A stretch of 64,000 nt of DNA, from contig NIVC01003374.1 in assembly GCA_002269645.1 (NCBI GenBank), forward strand, positions 1 to 64,000, read 5' to 3'. A model generated the notes under the pieces. It was given only the letters and a program-made list of their open reading frames with translations, was not told the origin of the DNA and searched no databases. Made by a program: the position numbers and the translations under genes. Each line of letters begins with the position of its first letter. Position 1 is the stretch's first letter. This DNA is from Macrostomum lignano (Eukaryota). Positions 11,713 through 23,197 of this stretch are shown here, one piece after another.

Positions 11713-12442
11713 AAATTTCAGTCAAATAGAATAGTAAATATATAGAAAATTACCTTAACGTACTGTTTTGAGCGATTGAGGTGATAATTTCAAGGTTTTT
11801 AGTTTTTAATTTTTAGTATATGGACTAGCTAGTAGAGAATTCAACCGTAGGATTCAGCAAGGTAAAGGTAGCAATAAATTTCAGAGGGGGGCAAGGCTGA
11901 GAAAGTAGAGTGGGTGAAAAAAAATTGTCGCGTTATAGCTACACCGAAAAAATAAGAGTGTTCACTATTTAATTTATAATTGTACAAGCTATTCGTGAAT
12001 AGCCGCTTTGAAGTAATGAGCATTTCTTTAACTGTTACTGCTGCCAAAAGAACAATACAGGAATGTACATGTACATTGTACGTGCATTTCTCGCTAAACT
12101 GAAGTTCTCTTTTAGTGTGTACACGGTGCTTACAAAAGCAGCCAACCGATTCGTGCCGTTCAACAAAACCAAAGTGCGAGCGTACTATAATTCCCTTTCT
12201 AAATACTGGAAAAGCGCTAGGGCTGAAATTATATTTTTTTCAGTTAAATTTTCTAAGAATAGCACTGCTGCTGCGCCTTTGTTGACTCCAAAGACTACTG
12301 CGTTTTTAGGAAGCAGGTTTTACCAAAAAAAAATACGAGCGTTCGCATTGCGAGTCTACGAAGGATGTCTCAAAAGTCGGTGGCACATTCTTCACACAGC
12401 CTTTTCTAACCGCGATCAGAAATATTTAGTGTGTACTCGTAG

Positions 12443-13215
12443 CAGTTGAAGAGATTACCTGCCCGTTAAAATGACTTTCTATTTATTTCTGTATCTGCTG
12501 GCATTCTTGAGATGTGGGCATTTTTCTGCCCCACCCCCTGTGCTACTGCTACAAATTGCCATAAACCAAAGCTTTGTACCTGATGCACGGAACAACAAAA
12601 CATCCGTCCGCAACTCTAAAGCTGAAGAAAGAACAGTCAAAGTTAATCATCAACGTTTGTCCAAAGGCTAATTATCCACATAGTCACTACTGTGCTGCAC
12701 AACAACAAAATACGCTGTCAGGATGGCAAAAGTCAGCGTCACAGGGCGCGCTTCATGGCTTGGGCGCGAACAAAGGCCGCGCCACCGGCAGTGTCCGGGG
12801 CGCCGGCGTCAGCCAGCAGACAGTCGACATAACGCCGAGTTCGCGCTTGACCTCGCCGGTAGGGTGCCTGCAGCGTGAGCAGCAGCACCTCCTGCACCGG
12901 CTGTGGGCAGTACGACTCGGCGCGGATGAGATGGCCTGCGAGCTGGAGTCGCCGACGGCGCAGTAGATCGCTTGGACGTGGCAGGCCAGCGCGGCGATAG
13001 AGTGCCGCGTTGGTGACTCGCTCGACGCCGATGTTGAAGGCGGCGCGCAGCAGGCCAGCGTGCGCCGCATCGACTTGCTGTTCGAGTGAGTCCGTCAGCG
13101 TCCAGGTCTCGGCGTTGTACAGCACACATTTCAGCATCGTATCTCAAGAATGCCAGCAGATATAGAAATAAATAGAAAGTCATTTTAACAGGCAGATAAT
13201 TCTCTTTTCAACTGC
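12443..13215. repeat. About 70-bp inverted repeat pair (12443-12512 / 13140-13215) enclosing the LINE fragment
   Basis: gcagttgaagagattacctgcccgttaaaatgactttctatttatttctgtatctgctggcattcttgagat has an imperfect reverse complement at 13140-13215; mariner-like terminus tacgaaggatgtctcaaaagt at 12357. Confidence 0.75.
12739..13137 (-). mobile_element. 5'-truncated non-LTR retrotransposon (RTE-like) ORF C-terminus
   Basis: VLYNAETWTLT...LLRAAFNI...NAALY...RRRRLQLAGHLIR is the typical post-RT C-terminal region of RTE-type LINEs. Confidence 0.8.
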
Positions 13216-14123
13216 TTCACACTAACATTAACTAACTAAAACCTGTAACTCAGTAACTAACCTGTCGAATGTAGATCGACCTTTCTCCTGACATAGCAAA
13301 TAATGGCTTATAATAATAAATGTACATAGTTAGAGTTAGAGCTCATCTTTATATAGTCTAGTAGATTGTCAGAATTATAACTCTCTTTGGCTGAATTCTC
13401 TCGATTCGGTAATTAAGGGGTCGGCAAACTCACAAAAGCTCGTAGATGATGAATTCAGCTCATGGCTGAAGGCCAGATGAGAGGAAAGGCATGAGAATAC
13501 ATGTAGATGAGTGATAAGAGAGGAGCTGAAGCAAGAGATGGGATGAGAGAAGAGAAAAGGAAGAGAAGGGCTGAGAGGAGAGAAGAGTGAGGAGATACTG
13601 AGGTAAGTAGAAGAGACACAATTGACAAACATTGAGCCGAGCTATTGCTATTGTGAAGTTTCCAAGGACCCAAGGGCCAGAGTTTCTAGCCTAAATCATG
13701 TACATCCCGCAAGTGCAATGTTGCTTTTGAACTTCTCTTTTTCAAGTGTACAATGAACAATGACCAATAACTATGTACAACGCCGGCACTTTTGTTATGC
13801 CTTGTGCGAAACCCTTGCAACATTTCTGGTCCAAAAAAGTTACAAAAAGAGAACGAAATGTTTTTAGTAGCAACAAAAGATGCCAAATAGGCAACGATTT
13901 GTTTTGTTTATTTATTTGTATTGGCGAATAAAGATTAATAATATACAGGGACTGTTGTATGTAAATACTAACGAATAAGTAATTTAATTTAATCACGCCA
14001 TGATTATTATACACAGAACGAAATCACTGTCAGGTCATTTAGAAAGTTTTTATCGCCTATTTTTTTGGCTTTGACTGCTCATAATTTTGGCCGTGTTTCA
14101 CTTTATTCGTTGCAGCTGGGGGC

Positions 14124-14375
14124 GACTAATTTTTTGAGTAAATACTACTGTAATAGGGCAGATATGCTTTTACACTACTGTCAGTAGTTGTAGCCAGAGA
14201 AAATATTCATGATGGGGCTAGATCGTGAATTTGGGACTTCGACTAATTTTTTGAGTAAATACTACTGTAATAGGGCAGATATGCTTTTACACTACTGTCA
14301 GTAGTTGTAGCCAGAGAAAATATTCATGATGGGGCTAGATCGTGAATTTGGGACTACGACTCATTTTTTGAGTAA
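14124..14375. repeat. 117-bp tandem duplication (about 2.2 copies)
   Basis: The unit start gactaat/gactcat recurs at 14124, 14241 and 14358. Confidence 0.9.
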
Positions 14376-14550
14376 ATACCACATAAACGCAATAACTTCT
14401 CCGATGAACTAACTGATAAATTGCCGTATTGATTAAGAACAAGCCAATAAAAATTTGCAAAAAATAAAAGCCCTTAGACGTTCAAGAAACTTGCACAAAA
14501 ATGGAAATTAAAAATGCAGCAATGAGTAAATTAAATTTTAGAATTCCAAC

Positions 14551-14784
14551 TCAATCAGAGAACTCATCCGAGTGATCCATTTGATGCTGATGAGTGCCGG
14601 CCGTTCGCGAGTCCAAATTGAGCACGGATCGCATAGCAACCGCGCCTTCGTGAGCTTTACGATTTTTGCTGTCCAATCTGATTGCGATCTCGTAGTGCAC
14701 CAGCGCCTCCTGCTGCTGGCCGCATCGGGAGTGACAGTCGCCAAGCAGGCGGTGCAGCTCCGCTGTGGTCTCACCAGCTGGCTC
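14551..14784 (-). CDS. ANAPC7: Anaphase-promoting complex subunit 7, last exon
   Basis: Acceptor gtcgcag at 14785; LHRLLGD...QEALVHYEIAIRLDSKNRKAHEG matches the recalled APC7 LHRILGD...QEAMDQYSIALSLDPNDQKSLEG. Confidence 0.85.
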   Translation of the reverse strand, partial: EPAGETTAELHRLLGDCHSRCGQQQEALVHYEIAIRLDSKNRKAHEGAVAMRSVLNLDSRTAGTHQHQMDHSDEFSD

Positions 14785-14924
14785 CTGCGACAGGTACATA
14801 CACATTTGGGATAATTGGGATACTTAAGCGCTGGAGTACAGTTACTAGGAAGATTCTGGAGGGCCTCAACTTTGATTGGGAGATCATTTAGAATACTAAC
14901 TGCTAGGGAGTATAGAGGTTGGAT

Positions 14925-15190
14925 TATCCTGTGATGGGGAGGATGGATGCTGGATTATCCGGTGATGGGGAGGATGGATGCTGGATTATCCGGTGATGGG
15001 GAGGATGGATGCTGGATTATCCGGTGATGGGGAGGATGGATGCTGGATTATCCGGTGATGGGGAGGATGGATGCTGGATTATCCTGTGATGGGGAGGATG
15101 GACGCTGATTATCCTGTGATGGGGAGGATTGATGCTGGATTATCCTGTGATGGGGAGGATGGATGCTGGATTATCTTCACTGTGATGGGG
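14925..15190. repeat. 31-bp minisatellite in ANAPC7 intron
   Basis: Unit ggatggatgctggattatccggtgatgggga, about 8 copies. Confidence 0.95.
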
Positions 15191-15209
15191 AGATAGGACA
15201 TCTACTTAC

Positions 15210-15415
15210 CTGCTCAATCTTCTGCACGAGCAGAGCCTTGGCCTCTGGGTAGCGCTTCTTCTCCATGTACAACTCAGCCAGCACAGAGACGCACTCAGGC
15301 AGGCAGCCGCGACCGTTGAACATGGCGAAGGCGTCGGCGAGGATCTCGATGGCTTTGTCCTTGTTCTCGTAGGATGTGGCGAGGCCGTAGATGCCCAGAG
15401 TTCGAGGGTTTCGGC
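15210..15415 (-). CDS. ANAPC7: ANAPC7 internal exon (TPR)
   Basis: Acceptor ttgccag at 15416 (phase 1), donor CAG|GTAAGT at 15209; GRNPRTLGIYGLA...DKAIEILADA. Confidence 0.85.
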
Positions 15416-15483
15416 CTGGCAATCATTTTGGATGTTAAGTTTTTCTTACCTACTGTAAGTAATTTTAGGTTAAACTTTCCTTG

Positions 15484-16598
15484 AATGGCGATTCTTGATG
15501 ATGGTTGATTGAGTGGCGATTCTTGATGATGGTTGATTGAGTGGCGATTCTTGATGATGGTTGGTTGAGTCACTTGAGTGGCGATTCTTGATGATGATTG
15601 ATTGAGTGGCGATTCTTGATGATGGTTGATTGAGTGGCGATTCTTGATGATGATTGATTGAGTGGCGATTCTTGATGATGATTGATTGAGTGGCGATTCT
15701 TGATGATGGTTGATTGAGTGGCGATTCTTGATGATGATTGATTGAGTGGCGATTCTTGATGATGATTGATTGAGTGGCGATTCTTGATGATGGTTGGTTG
15801 AGTGGCGATTCTTGATGATGGTTGGTTGAGTGGCGATTCTTGATGATGGTTGATTGAGTGGCGATTCTTGATGATGGTTGGTTGAGTGGCGATTCTTGAT
15901 GATGGTTGATTGAGTGGCGATTCTTGATGATGATTGATTGAGTGGCGATTCTTGATGATGATTGATTGAGTGGCGATTCTTGATGGTGGTTGATTGAGTG
16001 GCGATTCTTGATGATGGTTGATTGAGTGGCGATTCTTGATGATGATTGATTGAGTGGCGATTCTTGATGATGATTGATTGAGTGGCGATTCTTGATGGTG
16101 GTTGATTGAGTGGCGATTCTTGATGATGGTTGATTGAGTGGCGATTCTTGATGATGGTTGATTGAGTGGCGATTCTTGATGATGATTGATTGAGTGGCGA
16201 TTCTTGATGATGATTGATTGAGTGGCGATTCTTGATGGTGGTTGATTGAGTGGCGATTCTTGATGATGGTTGATTGAGTGGCGATTCTTGATGATGGTTG
16301 ATTGAGTGGCGATTCTTGATGATGATTGATTGAGTGGCGATTCTTGATGATGATTGATTGAGTGGCGATTCTTGATGATGATTGATTGAGTGGCGATTCT
16401 TGATGGTGGTTGATTGAGTGGCGATTCTTGATGATGGTTGATTGAGTGGCGATTCTTGATGATGGTTGATTGAGTGGCGATTCTTGATGATGATTGATTG
16501 AGTGGCGATTCTTGATGATGATTGATTCAGTGGCGATTCTTGATGATGATTGATTCAGTGGCGATTCTTGATGATGGTTGATTGAGTGGCGATTCTCA
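15484..16598. repeat. 28-bp minisatellite filling ANAPC7 intron
   Basis: Unit gagtggcgattcttgatgatggttgatt, about 40 copies. Confidence 0.95.
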
Positions 16599-16621
16599 AC
16601 TATGATTGAATAAACACTCAC

Positions 16622-16934
16622 CCAGCTGTTTAACCAGCAGTTCAGCTTTAGCAATAGCATTCCTATACTTGTGCCGATTAATATAAGTCCACACAATACC
16701 GTGCTGCACTTCAAAGCTGTTAGGCGCCAGCTTCCTGGCCTCGGTGAAGTAGGACAGAGCATCGCGCTCTTTGCCATTTCTAATGCTTACATAACCGCAC
16801 ACGATGAGGGCGTGCACGGAGTTCGGGCTGATGGTCAGGGCTTTCTGGGCGAAGAACATTGCCTTGCTGGACCGTTTGTTGCTGTGGTTCAGGTAGCCAT
16901 AGACTACGTAAGGCTCAGGCCTGTGCTCAGACAC
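16622..16934 (-). CDS. ANAPC7: ANAPC7 internal exon (TPR)
   Basis: Acceptor ctttcag at 16935, donor G|GTGAGT at 16621; SEHRPEPYVVYG...KAMFFAQKALTISPNSVHAL vs APC7 SDQHAEPWVVSG...RALYLGAKAIQLNSNSVQAL. Confidence 0.9.
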
Positions 16935-17054
16935 CTGAAAGATATATTAAAACTATTTATGCTACATATCGGCGATTGAAAATCGAAAGCTTTGAAGTCT
17001 TAGTCCGATAGAGGTCTTAACACGTTAGAATATGCATAACAATACACTGTACAG

Positions 17055-18050
17055 GCTTGGGGGATTGCTGAGATGTCAAGTCTTGGGGGGAATTGCTGAG
17101 ATGTCAAGTCTTGGGGGGGGGGAATTGCTGAGATGTCAAGTCTTGGGGGGAATTGCTGAGATGTCAAGTCTTGGGGGGAATTGCTGAGATGTCAAGTCTT
17201 GGGGGGAATTGCTGAGATGTCAAGTCTTGGGGGGAATTGCTGAGATGTCAAGTCTTGGGGGGAATTGCTGAGATGTCAAGTCTTGGGGGAATTGCTGAGA
17301 TGTCAAGTCTTGGGGGGAATTGCTGAGATGTCAAGTCTTGGGGGGAATTGCTGAGATGTCAAGTCTTAGGGGGAATTGCTGAGATGTCAAGGCTTGGGGG
17401 GAATTGCTGAGATGTCAAGGCTTGGGGGGAATTGCTGAGATGTCAAGTCTTGGGGGGAATTGCTGAGATGTCAAGTCTTGGGGGAATTGCTGAGATGTCA
17501 AGTCTTGGGGGAATTGCTGAGATGTCAAGTCTTGGGGGGAATTGCTGAGATGTCAAGTCTTGGGGGGATTGCTGAGATGTCAAGTCTTGGGGGGAATTGC
17601 TGAGATGTCAAGTCTTGGGGGGAATTGCTGAGATGTCAAGTCTTGGGGGGAATTGCTGAGATGTCAAGTCTTGGGTGGATTGCTGAGATGTCAAGTCTTG
17701 GGTGGATTGCTGAGATGTCAAGTCTTGGGGGAATTGCTGAGATGTCAAGTCTTGGGGGGAATTGCTGAGATGTCAAGTCTTGGGTGGATTGCTGAGATGT
17801 CAAGTCTTGGGGGGAATTGCTGAGATGTCAAGTCTTAGGGGGAATTGCTGAGATGTCAAGGCTTGGGGGGAATTGCTGAGATGTCAAGGCTTGGGGGGAA
17901 TTGCTGAGATGTCAAGTCTTGGGGGGAATTGCTGAGATGTCAAGGCTTGGGGAGAATTGCTGAGATGCCAAGTCTTGAGGGAAATTGCTGGGATGTCAAG
18001 CTTACGGTGGAATAGCTGAAATGTCAAGTATGGGGGGTAATTGCTGAGAT
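17055..18050. repeat. 28-bp G-run minisatellite filling ANAPC7 intron, followed by (CT)n to 18135
   Basis: Unit ttgctgagatgtcaagtcttggggggaa with variable G-run, about 35 copies. Confidence 0.95.
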
Positions 18051-18058
18051 TCTCTATC

Positions 18059-18126
<68 letters not shown>

Positions 18127-18137
18127 TCCTCTCTCAC

Positions 18138-18587
18138 CTGCATGAGACTGGCAGCCAGACACTCCAACTGCCTAGTCTTATTAGCATGCCTGTGCAGCAG
18201 TTCAGCCAGAGAGTCAATATGCCTCAGCCAGTTGCTATCCAGACTGTGCAATCGAGTCAGAATCCGTTCAGCCTCAGTGTAGTCACCGCATTGATAGAAC
18301 GCCTCGCCAAGGGTAGCCAAGAGATTGGAGTCGCCAGTCATGAGATCGTTGCCGTCCAGAGCTACCAGAGCTTCGATGGCTGGTCGGAATGCTCGACCGG
18401 CCGCTTGGACGGAGGCGTCAAAGTAGCGAGCAAGCAGCTGCTCAAGAGGCCCAGTGGCGCTGGCGGCTCGCTGGGTGAGGCATCCACAGTTGGCCAGCAG
18501 CTGCAGCACTTCGGATAGGGGAGTTCGACAGGCCAGGAGGCCTTTGATCGCTTCCATTGACAGGCCGCCTGTAGCTTTCACGCAGCA
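18138..18587 (-). CDS. ANAPC7: ANAPC7 internal exon (TPR)
   Basis: Acceptor cccgcag at 18588, donor CAG|GTGAGA at 18137; SMEAIKGLL...DSNLLATLGEAFYQCGD vs APC7 ALDAILGLL...DNVDLLGSLADLYFRAGD. Confidence 0.9.
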
Positions 18588-18679
18588 CTGCGGGTTTCGA
18601 ATTTGGAAAGAGATTTCAGGCTTGAATTTTTTAATGACATTTTAAAAAGTGTAACTTTGAGTTTCTGAGATCATCCGAG

Positions 18680-18830
18680 TTTTATTTATTTTGAAGAGAT
18701 CACGAGTTTGAATCTTCAAAGTGAGATCCTGAGTTCGAATCTTCAAAAAGACATCCCGAGTTCGAATCTTTTAAGTGAGATCCCGAGTTCGAATCTTCAA
18801 AAAGACATTCCGTGTTCGAATCTTCAACCT
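18680..18830. repeat. Degenerate about 30-bp tandem repeat in ANAPC7 intron
   Basis: gagttcgaatctt motif repeated about 5 times. Confidence 0.7.
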
Positions 18831-18873
18831 CTCTTAATTAAAAAAATGTATAACCGATGCCATCTTAAATCAC

Positions 18874-19236
18874 CTTGAAAGCAGTCTGTGCAAGTTTCTC
18901 CTCGCCAGATCTCAGATAGCTCTGTCCAAGCGCCAGATGCATTGCAGGCGTCCTGGCTTTCTCTGGGACGCAGGCCAGCTCCCTGCAGGCCTCAGCATGA
19001 AGCCGCTGAGCAGCATAGCACAGGTAGGATCGCCACCGGATATCCGCTTCGGTTGGCAGGCCGCGCAGTCTAGAAGTGCACCGACGAAGTTGCAGAGCTT
19101 GGCCCAGATAGCGCAGCGCTTTCTGATGCTCGCCAGTCCTGTGACAGGCATCGCCAAGGTGTACATAGAAGGTCAGCCGGTCAGAGTGAGACAAAAGCCG
19201 CTCATTGTTCTCGGCGATGGTCACAATGGGGCCAAG
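18874..19236 (-). CDS. ANAPC7: ANAPC7 first identifiable coding exon (no ATG; begins at a splice acceptor)
   Basis: Acceptor ccctcccacctcag at 19237, phase 0; donor AAG|GTGATT at 18873; LPTEADIRWR and VPEKARTPAMHLALG vs APC7 LPSEIEVKYK and IPSRQRTPKINMMLA. Five exons total 1566 nt in frame. Confidence 0.88.
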
Positions 19237-20954
19237 CTGAGGTGGGAGGGGTACGCACAGGCTGTATGGCTATTTATCATATCTTGAATTTTAGCCTGCC
19301 ATGGCGAGATTATGACACAAGAAACCTTTATGAGCCACAAGCCCACAACCTCTAACATTCTTAACTCTTCAAACTAAAACATTTAAGTCCTCCACTCCTA
19401 CTAAAGCCTACTCAAATCTTAAAACTGGGTGCTCAACTGTTAGACCTCTTATCTATCTGCCTTTCTTTAGAGCAAAATTATCCCTAATTCTTTCTCTTCA
19501 TTTATAAGTCAAAAAAGTCAAAATTTTACTCTTAACTTTTTTTCTGAATATTTGATTTGATTCTGAATATTTTGTCTATTTGTCCTATTTTTAAACTTGC
19601 ATTAAGTGCAATTTATACATGTATTGAACTACTTTTATAAAATACTAGACACTTAAAGAATGAGTTATCTATAAAAATCTAGATTTGATATTTACTTAAA
19701 CAAATATATATAGAATATCAATGTAAAAGAAAAGATATAATAATATACATTCATATTCTGCATAACTACTAGTCAATATAAACTTAGTAACATGTTAAAT
19801 TTTCTACTCCAAAGCCAATGGTCAAATTTTCTCAGATCTTAGCCTTAAGTGATGCAATTCACACTATGTCAGCATTTTTCATATCAACTGTGGATGATGC
19901 AATTGTTAGATGAGGGCTGCTATTCTTAGTTTTTTTAGTTCTTATGAATTTGCAATGGTCTGCCAAATGACAAATGCTAAGCAATGACATGCTATTAGGA
20001 TGCTTGAAGCTAGGATATCAGTTTGAACAATTGCTTAAATCAATTCATGAATTAATTTAATGAATTCATTTTTAATATCATTAATAACAATATACTAATA
20101 TCAGTTTATATATAAGATATTCTATGGGTTTGAGGTTGGTATGTGATTAAATCTTGAGAGCTAATATGACTTAGGTTGTTTGGGGCTAAGATCTAAGGAA
20201 AGTTGACCATTAGTCTTGGGATAGAAACTTGTAACTTATTGCTAAGTATAGCCCATAGTCAGGATCATGCTGAGTATATACCTTAATAAAAATTGAAGAA
20301 TTAAAATGCATGTTGAAAAAAATGAGCTGGACCACACCCAAAGCAATTGACAGTTAGTTGCCGCCATGAGCCAGGTTGAAGGTTCTGCATCTGCACAGAG
20401 GCTGGGGACATTAGGCTAGCAGCAGCGGTGCTAACCTAAAATTTGCTGCAGCGTGTGGCAATGGTTGGTCTAATGCGGGGGCCAAAAGGCGAGACCCCAA
20501 GAGCTAGCTGGGGGTAGGCTGACTGGGCCGATTGTTGCTGTGGGGTACTGCTATGACTGCTGGGCTGCTGTGCTGCTGGGCTGCGGTGCTGCCGTTGCAG
20601 TCAGCCAAGGTGGTTGGCTGCCAGGACTGCATAAGGCCAACCAGGTAGGCTCAGCGTTCCGCGCTGGGAGTCAGGCTCACCAATGAGGCGGAAGGCCTTT
20701 TAGTTTCAATAGATGGAATGGCAGCAAAGAGTTTGTGCTGCTTTGCACATGTATTTATATATTTACAAACAATGCCAGATTGAGGGGCCAAGCCAAGGGA
20801 GGTGCAAAACTGGTGGCATGGTGTGATTGGCTATGCCAACCCCCCTAGCTTAGCAAGCCAGCTAGCTTGGCGCGCACCCACCCCACCTCAGCAAGACAAA
20901 GGCGGGGGGGTTTCTAGTGCGGCTACACTGGTGCTGCTAGTCGCGTAGTCTGGC

Positions 20955-23197
20955 GGACTTCTTTAAGTTTTTGATAAAATAGTTTCAATTTGGATAGGAT
21001 CATAATTTTGTCTCTATAGAGGTTTTTGATGGTGCTGATTTCAAATTTGAGCTCCATTTTTAGGTAGCTTTAACCCAATTATATGTAGCTTTAAACCAAC
21101 CACCGGGGCATAGGGAATGGGAGGGTTTTAGGGTGGGGAGATTCTTCATGGGGATTGATTTTATCAACATAAACTTGAATAGAGGCATAGAGACCTATTC
21201 AAGATTGTGCTGATAAATTCCAATTCTAATAGGGGGCGGGGGGGGGTTGAAACAAGTTGGAATTTATTTGACAATGAATCTGTGGACTGTGTTTAATTAT
21301 ATCAACATAAACTTGAATTAACATAACTTTATCTAAATGAATTTGCTTACCAAAATTAAGTGCTGGCTCATTCCATATAAGCATGGTCGTAACATGACAG
21401 GTTATTTTTACTTATAAAATGAAATCTAATAATAGAATATACTAAACCAATATTTTAAATGAAAGATTATTTTGTCTAGAATATATTTATAGAGTTTCAT
21501 ATAGATATCATCATTAGTATAGATGCTATTAAACCTTAAATGACACTTATGGTCGTAACGACAGGATTTTTGACATATAGAAACTAAAAGGTAAAAGTCT
21601 TATAACATTTTTCATTTTTGATATTTTGCAATACATTTTTAAAATTTGACTAAGAACATCTTTAGAAATCATACTCTTTTATTAGAATATATAAACTCAA
21701 AAGGCAACAAAGATACAAAAGAAAAGGCAGCCTTATGGTCGTAGCATTATGGTCGTAACATATTTTTTTCTGTCAATTCAGTAACTTTGAGGTACTAATA
21801 CATTAAAAATATAATAGATTATTTGGTCACCAATGCTTTTATCTGATGATGCAAGTACTATACTTTTATCTATAGTTTGTTTCAACCTTCAAAAGCTTTC
21901 TATTTGTTTTTAAAAGGTACAAAATCTTAATGATGTCTTTTGCTTCGAAAAATGTCCAAATTTTTACAAAAATGACTTTTTGCCAATTGATAACATACTA
22001 ATCCAACATTTTACCATTCCTTTATTCTTAGATTGTATATATTGCACAATATAAACATTTGGTAAAAAAATAGGCTAATTAGGCAATGGCAAGCAAAAAT
22101 ATTGACTTTTTTCTATTTTCCAAATATGTCCATCTTATATGGAATGAGCCTGCTGTTACTGCCTTAAATACAAGTGCGAGTTTTGAACATTGCTTTGGCT
22201 GGGTGCAGTGAAAGTGCAAGTTGTGACATGGCAGTTTTTAAAAAAAAGCACACAGTGACGTGGCACTGTCTATGCATTATAACTAAATTGAAAAACTATA
22301 ATCTGCAAACATAAAAAACATTTGCATATTAATTTGTAGGGCAATCCTACACTTCCGTTCGGTAAATTATTTTAACATTTGAATTCGTACCACCGAGTCA
22401 AATGACGTCAATTGGCAATGTGTCTATGGCCAAAAGTTTGAGCGAACAGAGTTTAAGGGGGTGTCAGTTTAAGGGAGCTGTTGCTTGTGAGCTGCTTGTT
22501 TTTTGAGCTTCAATTTCTCATTTCCCATCGGCTGCACTTCGTAGATCCAGCAGACCCAATAGTCCACACCAACACCGTGGAGGGCACATAGGCCCACGCA
22601 AAGTGCAAGATCTGCAACATGCATAGCACGAGCGATGCTCTCTTCAATGCACACATTGAGGAATTCCTCTGGCATTGTCTATATCCCCAATGTCCATTTG
22701 GGGCTATCCTGTACTGGATTGGACATTACTATCCATTATAGACACCTTAATGACCTGCAGACACACTCTAAGTGACTATGCACTCTAACAGACTGCTACC
22801 ATGTTCCACTGTTTCAGTTTTGTTTGGTTACATTGTTATTTAACACGCCTGTTCAAAATTCAGTGTCAAAATAATTTACCGAACGGAAGTGTAGGATTGC
22901 CATTTGTAGATATTAGTATTCATCTTTAATTGGCCTAATGAAGTTCTAGCATATGTGCCATAAAATAAAAAGTCAAGTGGATACACTTTCAAAAATGTAT
23001 TTGTAAAACTTTTTCTCACTGAACCTTATTAAGAGAATAGGGAATCAAGTAAATCATCATTGCATCAACCATACAGGTAACTTTCTACACTTTTTTTTGC
23101 ATTTATGTAATTTTGGATCCCCCATAAGTCTCCACCGCAAGTTTCAGAAAAATCGAAAAATCGGAAGTATTTTATCAACATAAACTTGAAGAAGTCC
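20955..23197. mobile_element. Degenerate DNA-transposon remnant(s)
   Basis: ggacttctttaagttt..tgataaaata (20955) is inverted to tattttatcaacataaacttgaagaagtcc (to 23197); the same motif recurs at about 21160 and 21298; no TSD found. Confidence 0.4.
22340..22901. mobile_element. Non-autonomous DNA transposon, 34-bp perfect TIR, 8-bp TSD (Merlin/hAT-type TSD length)
   Basis: TIR ggcaatcctacacttccgttcggtaaattatttt at both ends; TSD atttgtag at 22332-22339 and 22902-22909. Confidence 0.9.

Noticed and set aside
15470-16777. 435-aa and other long repetitive ORFs (also 40522-41031, 42377-43282, 45028-45741, 47159-47450, 56274-56702, 58480-59314, 59902-60844, 63714-63989)
   Set aside because: They are translations of stop-free minisatellite units; several frames are open at once and several lie inside introns of real genes.
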